DNA of 64,000 bases from Candidatus Bathyarchaeota archaeon (GCA_963807605.1 CAWECG010000003.1:960001-1024000); one strand, 5' to 3'. Shown: positions 20,877 to 30,748, counted from the stretch's first letter. Numbers and translations: made by a program. Notes: a model not told the origin generated them from the sequence alone.

Positions 20877-20928
20877 AGAACATTGGCCCGCATTCTTCTT
20901 ATAGTGAAGCTGTTCCATAAATTATCTA

Positions 20929-21387
20929 GTGATGAGTGAATTGGCAGAAACTGAATCGAGTTATCCGCACATTGGCAGCATCTTGATATTGGTGGGCGGA
21001 ATCTTGGCAATTGTTGTCTCAGCAATGCGTGCGGTTTTCATGTTTGTAGGAAGAGCGTTACGGCCACGTATTGCGAGGCCGATGGTCTTGCAGAGACCAG
21101 GTCAAAGTGCTCCGGCTGTTGTCGGTATGGCCAGATGGGGTTACGGTTTTATGTTTATTGGTGCGATAGTAACCATTGTACTGGGAATAATCGCGATCTA
21201 CGCTTACACTCGCGTCAAGAATGGGAAAGTGCAAAATGGGGGATTAATCGCCATCGTAGTCGGCACCATAATGGTGGTGAGCACTCACTGGTTAGCGGGC
21301 ATTCTAACCTTGGTTGGAGGGATTCTCTGTTACACGTGGAGGAAAGCAGAACCCCCTGCTTCTTCTTCAAAACCGTCTTCATCTTGA
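20929..21387 (+). CDS. Small integral membrane protein
   Basis: Three to four hydrophobic helices with Gly-rich GILTLVGGIL motif. Confidence 0.75.
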   Translation: MMSELAETESSYPHIGSILILVGGILAIVVSAMRAVFMFVGRALRPRIARPMVLQRPGQSAPAVVGMARWGYGFMFIGAIVTIVLGIIAIYAYTRVKNGKVQNGGLIAIVVGTIMVVSTHWLAGILTLVGGILCYTWRKAEPPASSSKPSSS

Positions 21388-21540
21388 AGACAGTCCGGTT
21401 TCAAGCGGATGCACCAACGGATACACACATCAAAAAGAATCAGTTCAAATTTGTCCGCTCGCACCACCTGACCCACACACAAATAACCTCCTCCGGTGGT
21501 TCAAATTATGGTGCTCTGATCAGCTAGGGCACACATACCT

Positions 21541-21730
21541 TGTTCAAATGTTCATTCAGATAGGGACTAAAACAGGCACTGTTTTTGGAGTATTGACTAC
21601 TAAATCTTCAATACTGCCCAATAGTAATAGCATATTTTAACTGGTTCTGTAGCAACTACTGCTTTTGAACATTTGAACAGAACTGTGAACATTTGAACAA
21701 AGCAGTGAACGTTTGAACGTTAGTCTGAAC
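21541..21730. repeat. Iteron-like TGAAC array (20-bp period) with an inverted copy
   Basis: TGAAC at 21666/21674, 21686/21694, 21706/21714 and 21726; inverted TGTTCAAATGTTCA at 21541-21554. Confidence 0.85.
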
Positions 21731-21926
21731 GGAGTCAACCATAGCTGGTGAGCACCACCACCAAGATAGAATGGCTCGCTTCGCTCACTGCGAGAAAAAA
21801 CTGGAGCGATCTCGCGCCAAATCGTATAGATAATGAACATGCTAGAGGATCGATGTGATTCAATTGAGCAATCCCTAATAATTGCCTACTCACACCTAAG
21901 CTAAGAAAGACTTTGGAGTATCGAAG

Positions 21927-22424
21927 ATGAGCGGCGTTGAGTCTCGTTCTGTAGAGCTTTTTCAAACAGTCCTAGTGCCGGTTTTGCTGATCAACGGTGT
22001 CGGCCTGTTCCTTCTGGTATTGCAGACCAGATACGGAAGAATCGTTGACAGAATGAGAACACTAACCCATGAACGACGCAATATCGTCAAGAGCAAGATC
22101 TTGAGTCGTTCGGAGATCGAGAAGACCTGGGATCAGAACCGCTTGTCTGACATAGATGAACAGATGAAAATACTTGTCAGGCGCGGTAAACTGTTGAAGG
22201 ACGCTTTGAAGTACATGTTCATAGCCATATTCGCGTCTATAATAGCGCCTTTCCTCTTGCTTATCGAAATGCTAACCACGGTAAAGCTGACATTAGTTTT
22301 TTTGTTTCTGCTATTATTTGTGATGATCATGCTGTTTGTCGCAGGCATAAATGGAATAAGAGAAGTGACCAGTTCCTACACTGCAGTCATGTTTGACATT
22401 GACACGCATGCGCTTGAAGGATAG
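21927..22424 (+). CDS. DUF2721-like membrane protein
   Basis: PVLLINGVGLFLLVLQTRYGRIVDRMR...LVRRGKLLKDAL, followed by two TM helices. Confidence 0.8.
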   Translation: MSGVESRSVELFQTVLVPVLLINGVGLFLLVLQTRYGRIVDRMRTLTHERRNIVKSKILSRSEIEKTWDQNRLSDIDEQMKILVRRGKLLKDALKYMFIAIFASIIAPFLLLIEMLTTVKLTLVFLFLLLFVMIMLFVAGINGIREVTSSYTAVMFDIDTHALEG

Positions 22425-22685
22425 AATAGAAGGCGAGCGCACTCCTACCTGCCTTACCTCGCACCACCATCACAGACGATTCTACGTAGGGCGCACTAAG
22501 ATTGGGCAACAACACGCGCTCTCATATGTAGTATGCAGGTCTTGCATACTATAGTTCGCTGTTTTATATACTGTTTAAAGCCTGCAGGTATCGTTTACAA
22601 ACTTCTATTAGACTTACTTCTTTTTTACGAATAATATTATTTCTTCTTCTATTATGCAGAAAATAGGTAATTTTTCTATTAGAAA

Positions 22686-22819
22686 TTTACACCTTTACTT
22701 CTTATCTGGTGTCTGTAGCCTATGCTTGTTTACTCGTTTACTTCTTTACCTCTTTTTTCTACCTTGGTTTTCCTTTCCACTATTAGCACTTACCGTTTAG
22801 ATGCAAATTACACCGTTAC
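22686..22819. repeat. Iteron-like TTTAC array in an AT-rich tract
   Basis: TTTAC at 22686/22694 and 22729/22737/22745; TTAC at 22808/22816; 8-bp spacing throughout. Confidence 0.65.
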
Positions 22820-22864
22820 CTCTGCAAGCGTAGCGAGCAGTCATCATTATGGTGGTGGTGAGTG

Positions 22865-23136
22865 TATCCTTTGGTGAGAGGGATATTACATAGTAGCTGT
22901 TTTCTGGGGTCAATATGGGAGTGTCTAGGCTAGTACAAGGGCTAATGGGTTAGGGATATGGGGATAGTCGGGGAGAATGATATTCTCCGTACTACTATCC
23001 TCCCCCTACTTTGTACTACTCTAGTATTCAACATAGGTAATTGGAATAGTACATGTCAAGACTACTCAAGTAGTACTATTCCCTGGGCTATCCCCCATTA
23101 TCCGTCTGCACAAATGACATTATCCTTCGTTATCCC
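22865..23136. repeat. GGGATA/TATCC inverted array with nested stem-loops
   Basis: GGGATA at 22880, 22953, 22961; TATCC at 22865, 22996, 23089, 23099, 23121, 23131; stems GGAGAAT/ATTCTCC, TAGTACAA/TTGTACTA, GGAATAGTAC/GTACTATTCC. Confidence 0.65.
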
Positions 23137-23333
23137 AAGTTCTCTGGTACATTGTCCTTTCTTAGGTGACTGTATGGACCGTGGAATTGAGGAAGTTCTA
23201 CGAGAATTACTTAGCTTGGCAGGAAAGAAGCCCTATGCAATGATGACTTGCGCTCACCCGATAAGGCACGCACAAAAAAATAGTTTACTCTAAGTGCGCT
23301 CGCGCTTCAGAGGGTTGAATTTTTGCAAGTAGA

Positions 23334-24491
23334 TTACAATGTGCGCCGAAACGCGATTACGGCCAATGCCACCATCAACCCAGTGAAGACTGCTAGGAAA
23401 ATGAAATCACCTGCAACCGCTTGAAACTCAGCCCGCTTGTACATTAACAGCCGTAGGGCATGGATAGCGTAGGTTTCCGGGTTGATTACCGAGATTGCCT
23501 TCATCCACGTCGGCATTCCATCCAGCGGATATAACGCGCCGCTCGTGTAATATAGAGTCAAATTGATTGGAAAACATGTAACCCTATACAGATCGGCAGC
23601 CGTAGATCTAACAGCGTATGCAGTCATCATCGCGATGAGGCCCAGTGATGTCAGAAATAGGGTGAACATTGTGAGTACTATTCCTGACAGGTTTGGGTTT
23701 GGGAATATGTTCGTGGGGCGAATGCCGGTCAGTACGACGGCTAATACGAACAATGCTACCGCTGAGAAGAGGGCTTTGATGACGCCTGAAAGTAGAACGC
23801 CGATGACAATTTCATATTTCTTCAAAGGCGTAACTAAGTATCCCTCGATTATTCCCCTCTCTTTATCGACTACGAGTTGTACACCGCCCGCGATGATTGA
23901 GACGAACATGATCGACTGAACAAATGTTCCCGGTGCCATAAAATCAATGTACCTGACATATCTATATGCGAACCCCAAATCGACAGTCATAGTCGGGCTG
24001 TCTGGGACTGATGTCTGGATTAGGGGTGATAGCTGCTGGCCTGCCTGCGCAACTTCGGATCCAATAGCGGCCGTACTTAAGGGATCAGTATTATCCAACG
24101 TTACTGTTACGAAGACTTTTGAGTTTTTAGTTAATGAATCATCAAATCCCAAGGGAATATGGACGATCGCCTTAACTAGGCCTTCGTGTAGCATTTGCTG
24201 CGCCGTATCCAGATCGGGAACGTCTATTAGTTTGAACGAATTCTGACAATTTACTCCACCGAGTTCACAGCTCTGCTCATTCCGTAAGTATTCAACGAAA
24301 TTTGATGAATATGGACCATAACTTTCACGCACCACCGCGATTGGTGCATGCGTTATTGCTCCTCCAAACGCGCTCCCGAGCAAGATCAGCGTCAGTAATG
24401 GTCCAACAATGGTCGATATCATAAGCATTGGTTGCCTCAAGAATTTGAGGACATCACGTAGACATATGGCTAAGCTGCCGCTGCCCTTCAT
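23334..24491 (-). CDS. ABC-2 type exporter permease
   Basis: RYIDFMAPG, DKERGIIEGYLVTP, SGALYPLDGMPTWM, NPETYAIHALR. Confidence 0.93.
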   Translation of the reverse strand: MKGSGSLAICLRDVLKFLRQPMLMISTIVGPLLTLILLGSAFGGAITHAPIAVVRESYGPYSSNFVEYLRNEQSCELGGVNCQNSFKLIDVPDLDTAQQMLHEGLVKAIVHIPLGFDDSLTKNSKVFVTVTLDNTDPLSTAAIGSEVAQAGQQLSPLIQTSVPDSPTMTVDLGFAYRYVRYIDFMAPGTFVQSIMFVSIIAGGVQLVVDKERGIIEGYLVTPLKKYEIVIGVLLSGVIKALFSAVALFVLAVVLTGIRPTNIFPNPNLSGIVLTMFTLFLTSLGLIAMMTAYAVRSTAADLYRVTCFPINLTLYYTSGALYPLDGMPTWMKAISVINPETYAIHALRLLMYKRAEFQAVAGDFIFLAVFTGLMVALAVIAFRRTL

Positions 24492-25414
24492 TCCCGCAAA
24501 CTCCGACCTGTAAAGTTCAGGAATACATCATCCAGTGTAAGGTCACGAAGAGTAATGGTGCGGAGCTTTCCTCCATTTGAGTCAACGAGTTCAACTATCT
24601 TCGGAACTGCTTCCGGACCATTATTCACTAGAATCGTTAAGCCGCCGTCTCGCCTTTTGATTTCCAGAACGAAATTGGCATTCTCCAGAGCCTTGAGAGC
24701 GGTATCTGGAAGGGTTGAGAAGTCGGCTTCAACTATGTCACCGCCCGCAACTTTTCGCTTAAGCTCCGTTGGGGTTCCTAAGGCAACAATCTTACCGTAA
24801 TCTATGATTGCGAGTCTGTCGCAAAGATTTTCCGCTTCGTCTAGGTAATGGGTCGTGATTACGAGCGTGATGTCGTGGTCTTCATGTATCCTCTTAATGT
24901 AGTCCAATACGGCAGCACGAGCTTGCGGATCCAAGCCTGTGGTAGGTTCATCGAGGAATAGGATTTGAGGATCGTGCAGGAGGGCTCTCACTATTTCCAA
25001 GCGTCGTTTCATTCCACCTGAATAACCAGCTACGGGGATCTTGGCTCGGTCAGCTAACCCTACCACTTTGAGGAGTGCGGGTATTCGCTCTTGGCGTTGT
25101 TTGCGAGGCATCCCGTAATACATCCCGTAAAGATTCATGTTTTGCATTGCCGACAATTCAATGTCCAACGTTGATGCCTGTGTGACAACTCCTATTCGCT
25201 CACGCACCTTGTCTGCTTCCCGCAAAATATCAGCTCCCGCGACGGTAGCTGTACCCTCGGTAGGCGACATGACAGTTACCAACATACGTTGAAGAGTTGT
25301 CTTACCGGCACCGTTAGGCCCTATGAGTCCGAACACTTCATGCTTGATTTTAAGATTCAAATGATCGACTGCTATGAAGTCGCCGAATTTTTTCGTAATG
25401 CCAAAAGTCTGCAC
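24488..25414 (-). CDS. ABC exporter ATP-binding subunit (DrrA-like)
   Basis: GPNGAGKTT, YSGGMKRR, LFLDEPTTGLDP, TTHYLDEAE. Confidence 0.95.
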   Translation of the reverse strand: MQTFGITKKFGDFIAVDHLNLKIKHEVFGLIGPNGAGKTTLQRMLVTVMSPTEGTATVAGADILREADKVRERIGVVTQASTLDIELSAMQNMNLYGMYYGMPRKQRQERIPALLKVVGLADRAKIPVAGYSGGMKRRLEIVRALLHDPQILFLDEPTTGLDPQARAAVLDYIKRIHEDHDITLVITTHYLDEAENLCDRLAIIDYGKIVALGTPTELKRKVAGGDIVEADFSTLPDTALKALENANFVLEIKRRDGGLTILVNNGPEAVPKIVELVDSNGGKLRTITLRDLTLDDVFLNFTGRSLRE

Positions 25415-25512
25415 AGCTAGATCCAGTGGGAGTCGCCATCCGGATTGTTTTCGAGATATTGTTCTATCTTGAGGATTTTTGGGGCTCGTTCTCTTAACGG
25501 GGCTTGAGTGCG

Positions 25513-25800
25513 TTAGCCTCGTCTTTTAGATATATCATTAGATCTCTCAACAGGTTGATGAATACCCCATCCCTTTCCGCCTTCTAAGTCTCCCTTGTGT
25601 TTATCCTCTCTAGCCAATGGAATGCAGAATCGATTCTTTTCTTGAAAGCCGGCCTCAAGAAAGTATTGGTGAGCGATCAATGGCAAGTCCATGATTCTGT
25701 CGCCCTCGTATGGTTCAGGCAGGTATGACTGCATCAAAGGCTACATAACCGTTGTCCCTCACGGTTTCATAGCAGTGTTTAGCCAGCTTCTTTAAGAAAC
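25513..25800 (-). pseudogene. Possible DNA-modification methyltransferase C-terminal relic
   Basis: FLKKLAKHCYETVRDNGYVAF (frameshift) MQSYLP...IMDLP...FLEAGF resembles the segment after the catalytic motif of N4/N6 methylases. Confidence 0.4.
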
Positions 25801-25860
25801 AAATGATCTTGTCGATGAGTATGAACTATTGTTAGAGTCCCGCCTGCGAGGAGAGAGGAG

Positions 25861-26382
25861 TTGTCTCATCTTGCCAAGGAGAGGCTAATCTATGATAAGC
25901 TCACTGTTGGCAGTACTCTGAGGATCCAGCATGTCAAACCTGACGGTTTGATCTTGGAACTGAGCGAAGGCCAGGTGCAGAGTTTCGAGGGCAGAACTCT
26001 GATGTTGCGCAGAAAGATCTTCGGCGATGGAAGATGCGATGGACTGGACGTTCCAAAGGCCAGTACAGACTATGCAGTGACGCCGGCAGAGGAGGGGTCG
26101 CCGATTCTTGGGCATTCATACTACTCACGTGGTGGAATGTCGAAGGGTGAGCTTTACAATATCTGCACGTCTATCGAGTTCTGCCCTGAGATAATCCGGT
26201 ATGTCAATCTTGAGATTGATGTGGTCAGAAGGGTTGGTGAGCTGCCTAAGGTGATCGATTCTGATAGACTTGACGGCGCTGTGGAGTCGGGATATGTAAG
26301 CAGTCATCTGGCTCAGACAGCCAAAGATACTGCTCGAAATTTTGCTAGGGAATTCTCACAGTCTGGAGCTTTAGGGCCTTAA
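25861..26382 (+). pseudogene. FAU-1 ribonuclease C-terminal (DUF402) part, N-terminally truncated
   Basis: DGLDVPK..DYAVT...YYSRGG..KGELYNICTSIE...IRYVNLEIDVV; full FAU-1 proteins are much longer. Confidence 0.7.
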
Positions 26383-26715
26383 GATATCTTCGTCGGAATC
26401 CTTCAAAGATATCTTGAGCGTCTTGAGTGGGACTTGAAACTCCATATCTTTGCCCTCCTCTAATCTTCTGATTATCATAGAGATATAATCACTATGCATC
26501 CTTGCGTAGAAGTAACAATGCGGGGTGTCTCTACTGAATGATACACTGTCTATCTTTCCGTCAACCAGCAAATCAAGGAGCTTGAATACCGGGAGGTCGT
26601 CTCTTGCCTTCATCAGGTATAGCGACTCAAGAACATAGTCGATGGTCGCATACTCAACTTTCTTCTTTGAAGACTTGATGTAGACCCTTGAGATGTCTGT
26701 TGTCCGTGTCATCAT
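26371..26715 (-). CDS. Hypothetical protein (114 aa)
   Basis: Clean ORF with protein-like composition; no family recognised. Confidence 0.6.
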   Translation of the reverse strand: MMTRTTDISRVYIKSSKKKVEYATIDYVLESLYLMKARDDLPVFKLLDLLVDGKIDSVSFSRDTPHCYFYARMHSDYISMIIRRLEEGKDMEFQVPLKTLKISLKDSDEDILRP

Positions 26716-27028
26716 CCGACCCTCTCTTTCATCTCCCTGACCGCTCGCTCAATATCTACCAAGCTTTGTCTGACCTCTGCCATCTGGGGTGTTTAGTTCA
26801 TCCAGTTGTCTGCTAATGGTCTCTGTCCTCATTGAGTTGAGTGAGATCTTCCTTTACAGGTTTACGCGCGCGCGCCTCTGCCAACCGCCACGAAGGCATC
26901 AGTCACTTGCCCTAACCCTTGGAGGCATCAACCGCCGGGGAGATTTAAAGGTTGATGATAGATTGCTGTAAAAAAGCAGAAGATATGGGGTGGGTCTATT
27001 CTTTGGCTTGACGCAGACCGTGTCAATA

Positions 27029-28225
27029 TTAGGCTGGGAGTTCCTCGATGGTAGCTTTGACTCTTTCCATGCCTTCCTTTATGTTCTCTAGACTCGTGGC
27101 GTATGAAAATCTCAAGTATCCTTCACCGTACTTTCCGAAGGCTGTTCCATGCACAGCCGCGACGTGAGCCTTGTTCAGGAGGTGAAGCATCAGCTCCTTC
27201 GACTTCATCCCAATCTTCTTGATGTTTGGAAAGACGTAGAAGGCTCCTGTCGGAGTTCTACAGGATATTCCTTTGATGGAGTTGAGGGCTTGGACTATCG
27301 CGTCCCTTCTCCTCTGGTACTCTCTGACCATCTGGCCTACTGAGTCTTGCGGGCCTCTCAATGCCTCAATCCCAGCCATTTGGCTGAAGGCCGCAGCGCA
27401 TGATGCTATGTTGACCTGTAGCTTAGTCATATTAGATATGACTTTAGCGTCACCTACCGCGTAGCCTAGGCGCCAACCTGTCATGGCATACGTCTTGGAG
27501 AAACCATGGACCATTATGGTCCTCTCCTTCATCCCTGGAACAGATAGCATGCTGTGGTGCTGGCCATCGTAGATGATCTTGGAGTAGATCTCGTCGGACA
27601 TCATCCAGAGGTTGTGCTTCTTCGCTATCTCAGCAAGCTCCTCAACCTCATTCTTCAAAAGACTTGATCCGCAAGGGTTGTGTGGAGAATTAAGTATGAG
27701 CAGCTTGGTCTTCTTCGTCACCTTCTTCCTGACATCAGCCGGGCTGAGTCGAAAATCATTCTGCTCTCTAAGAGGGATCGGCACAGGCTTGGCCCTCACA
27801 AGATTCACAACAGACTCATATATCGGGAAGGCCGGGTTGGGCATTATCACCTCGTCGCCGGGGTCTACAGTTGCGAGGATACCTGTGAAGAGTCCCGGTT
27901 TCGCCCCTGGCATGACCATGACTTCCTTCTCAGGATTTACGTCAACGTCGAAGTCGCTTGAGACATACTCTGCTATTGCTTGTCTGAGTTCAAGCAGTCC
28001 CGGGGCTGCTGTGTAATGTGTGTAGCCTGATGCCAGGGCCTTTCGTGCAGCCTCTTTGATATGTTCAGGCGTATCGAAGTCCGGTTCTCCCATCTCGAAG
28101 TGGGTGACTCGTGTCCCCGTCTTCTCGATCTCCTTGGCCATGGCGAATACTTCGAACGCGGTCTCTGTTCCAGTTCGATTCATCCTATCCGCGATGGAGG
28201 GTTGCTTAGTCTTCTTCATTGCCAT
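27029..28225 (-). CDS. aspC: Class I/II PLP aminotransferase (aspartate aminotransferase-like)
   Basis: GEPDFDTP, NSPHNPCG, SDEIY, FSKTYAMTGWRLG, GAFYVFP. Confidence 0.93.
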   Translation of the reverse strand: MAMKKTKQPSIADRMNRTGTETAFEVFAMAKEIEKTGTRVTHFEMGEPDFDTPEHIKEAARKALASGYTHYTAAPGLLELRQAIAEYVSSDFDVDVNPEKEVMVMPGAKPGLFTGILATVDPGDEVIMPNPAFPIYESVVNLVRAKPVPIPLREQNDFRLSPADVRKKVTKKTKLLILNSPHNPCGSSLLKNEVEELAEIAKKHNLWMMSDEIYSKIIYDGQHHSMLSVPGMKERTIMVHGFSKTYAMTGWRLGYAVGDAKVISNMTKLQVNIASCAAAFSQMAGIEALRGPQDSVGQMVREYQRRRDAIVQALNSIKGISCRTPTGAFYVFPNIKKIGMKSKELMLHLLNKAHVAAVHGTAFGKYGEGYLRFSYATSLENIKEGMERVKATIEELPA

Positions 28226-28312
28226 CTCAAACCTCTTTTTTCAGAAGGCGTTATCCATTATCTTGTCTATGCGTATGTGGGGTAAACCCAAACTGAAACG
28301 CAATTCGATTAT

Positions 28313-29329
28313 TTAAGTGTGATTAGGACAATCGCCGAAGAGCGTCGATAATTCGATCGTCATTCCAACCCTCTTCTCAGTAGCCTCCTTATAGACCAGC
28401 TTTGCAACGACTGCATCTTGTATGGCAAGACCTGTTGAGTCGAATATGGTTATCTCTTTTGGCGAAGTTCTGCCCTTCTTCTTGCCGGCAACGATCTCGC
28501 CCAGTTCGCAGTAGATGCCCTCTTTATCGATAAGTCCTTTGCTTGCTGGAACATTTACCTCTCCGCTATGCCAAGCTTGGTCCCAATCGTCGATCACGAC
28601 CTTAGACCTCTTTAGTATCGCTGGATCCAGCTCCTCTTTTCCAGGTGCATCGGCACCCATAGCATTAATGTGGGTACCTTCCTCAATCCATTCGCTCATT
28701 ACAATGGGCTTCCTGGATGGTGTGACTGTGCATATTATATCTCGATCCTGTGCAACCTCCTCAACACTCTGTGCACTCTCGATCTTCAAGTTAGGATATT
28801 CCCGTCCAGCTCTCTCCACAAACTTATTTCTGGTCTCTTCGTCTATGTCGTATACCTTGACCTCAGTCAGCTCCCTGATATGGTTAATGAATGCCAACTG
28901 TGTTCTCGCTTGAGCGCCTGCGCCAACTAATCCGAGCCTAGAGGCGCCTTCGTTTGCAAGGTATTTTGTTGCGACGCCGGCGGCGGCGCCCGTTCTTACG
29001 GCTGTCAATTTCGTTCCGTCCATTATCGCCTGAGGAGCCCCAGTCTTGGGGTCAATCAGGATGATGACTGCCATTACTGTGGGCAAATTGAACTTTCGGT
29101 TTTCTGGGTGGACATTGACTACTTTGACTGCTGATATGTCCATAGACTCCATGTAAGAAGGCATGACCCTTAGGTCTCCGTTATACTTCTCATAGTAGAG
29201 GTATGTCTTCGGCGGCATCTGGACCCTGCCAAGTCCCTTCTCCCGGAAAGCTTGCTCGACAACCTCAAGAACTTCGCTCACCTCGAGCAGAGGTTTGATG
29301 TCGCGGTCGGTTAAGAGAAGAATCTTCAA
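28313..29329 (-). CDS. ala: Alanine dehydrogenase (ornithine cyclodeaminase/mu-crystallin family)
   Basis: GDLRVMPSY, KVVNVHPEN, RTGAAAGVA, GADAPGKEE, FDSTGLAIQD. Confidence 0.9.
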   Translation of the reverse strand: MKILLLTDRDIKPLLEVSEVLEVVEQAFREKGLGRVQMPPKTYLYYEKYNGDLRVMPSYMESMDISAVKVVNVHPENRKFNLPTVMAVIILIDPKTGAPQAIMDGTKLTAVRTGAAAGVATKYLANEGASRLGLVGAGAQARTQLAFINHIRELTEVKVYDIDEETRNKFVERAGREYPNLKIESAQSVEEVAQDRDIICTVTPSRKPIVMSEWIEEGTHINAMGADAPGKEELDPAILKRSKVVIDDWDQAWHSGEVNVPASKGLIDKEGIYCELGEIVAGKKKGRTSPKEITIFDSTGLAIQDAVVAKLVYKEATEKRVGMTIELSTLFGDCPNHT

Positions 29330-29481
29330 GGTTGACTCTGGAAATCATTCTAGACTAGGTGATATAAGTTGTTGCTGACTGCTCGGAGTAACTTATCTAA
29401 TAAATTTCGCCCAAACTGGGAAAGATCTCCACTAGGATCATATAAAGAGCCCCGGCAGGCGGTTTGACTATTGGCAATACT

Positions 29482-30595
29482 TCAGTTCTTGGAGAATCGA
29501 CGTGTCCGAGAGAGGGGTGTACGTTCTTCTGACCAGCCCAACTCCAATCCTTGATGTGAGAGCCTTACGCTTCCGCACGCTATTTCCGCGACCCCTCTTG
29601 GGGGCACATTCGTGTAGGCTCTTAACATTCTCCTCGTTCGATTAAGATGTTCCAAAATCCCGATTCCGATCAGAAATCCTTCTTCGTCGAGGAAACCCAA
29701 GATCTCTCCGCCCTCACATCTTGCTGTAAGCAGACTCTCTCCCTTGATTTTCTCAAGTGAGAAGTTCCTGTGGATGGCTTTCCTCAAATATCGCATGTAC
29801 CCATATTCGCGGAGGCATTTACGTTCCTCTCGGCTTCTGACTTTTATGAACTTGGGGGCTTGAATCTTCACCACTGGGGCAGATGTCTTCTCGAGTATTT
29901 GTTTCAACTCAGCGCCCTCAGCAAGTCCCAGTACCGAGTCCGGCTTCAGTTTCCTGATCATCATCACTTTGAAGGCCACGGCTTCATCATTTGCTACCCA
30001 ACCGTCAGTGTTGATGACCGTTGGTGTGCCCATGGGGATGCGACTTTCGAGTTTTAGGATTCCATGAATTACTTTGTCAACAACCGAGCTTGGACTCGTC
30101 TCGCCGATGAATATCATCGCATCAACTCTTGAGTCCTCCAACTCGATCAACGGTTTATCGATAATGCTTAGTCCTAGGCTTCCGGGCGGCCCGAGGTCGG
30201 ACTGGCCGATGTCAGCATCTATCACAGCGAATCTTCTTCCCAACCTAAGCTGATGATTGGCAAGGAATGTACAGAAGGTACTCTTGCCAGTATCAGTAGA
30301 ATCCTATCACGACGGCTTTGCCCACCTCCGGCTTCTGGAGCGCCTCAGCAGCCGAATACCATGAGTCAGGGACGGTGGAGCCATCAACCTCCAAGTAACT
30401 AGCCCTCTCGCCGACCTCAGCCTCAAGGATCGAATCGTTTACTATCTCGATAGGCAGTTGGCGTTCACTCTTGATTATCAGTCTTCGTTTCAACCGGAGT
30501 GGAGCGCCGAATATTTCTGCGGAGCCTTTCTCAAGCCTAAGTGAAGCTGGACCTGAGATGAGCAAGGTCTTCCCGCTGAGCAGTACAAACTTCAG
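29482..30595 (-). pseudogene. clp1: Clp1/Grc3-type polynucleotide 5'-OH kinase with a single frameshift in Walker A
   Basis: GGA-T-TCT-ACT-GAT-ACT-GGC-AAG-AGT-ACC: removing the base at about 30301 restores GSTDTGKST and joins it to DADIGQSDLGPPG / INTDGW. Confidence 0.85.
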
Positions 30596-30748
30596 CCGCG
30601 TTCCACTCCAGGCATCATCCGTCTAGAATTGCAGAGGCATTGTAATAACTGCTTGGTCAAGTCCCAATCCAATCAAAACATATAATTGAGTTCCCTCTTC
30701 AACAATTTCTAGTCCGAACGGACAAAGAAGTGCGCAGCTGAAAGACTG

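Noticed and set aside
21498-21506. GGTTCAAAT as a tRNA T-loop or att site
   Set aside because: No T-stem or cloverleaf can be built; better explained as a half-site of the TGAAC array
21666-21730. 20-bp periodic repeat as a mini CRISPR array
   Set aside because: Units are 13 bp with 7-bp gaps, far too short for repeat-spacer structure, and there are no cas genes
22560-22800. AT-rich tract as chromosomal oriC
   Set aside because: No ORB-like repeats with G-string and no cdc6/orc1 gene in the window; not excluded, but unsupported
23189-23198. GAGGAAGTTC as the RNase P RNA P4 motif
   Set aside because: The following conserved bases and the 3' P4 partner are missing, and the region is too AT-rich
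22958-23293. 111-aa ORF in the non-coding island
   Set aside because: No recognisable motif, atypical composition, and it overlaps palindromic arrays
26880-26945. Possible fluoride riboswitch or C/D box RNA
   Set aside because: Only TGATG/CTGA fragments are present; the required consensus and pairing are not met
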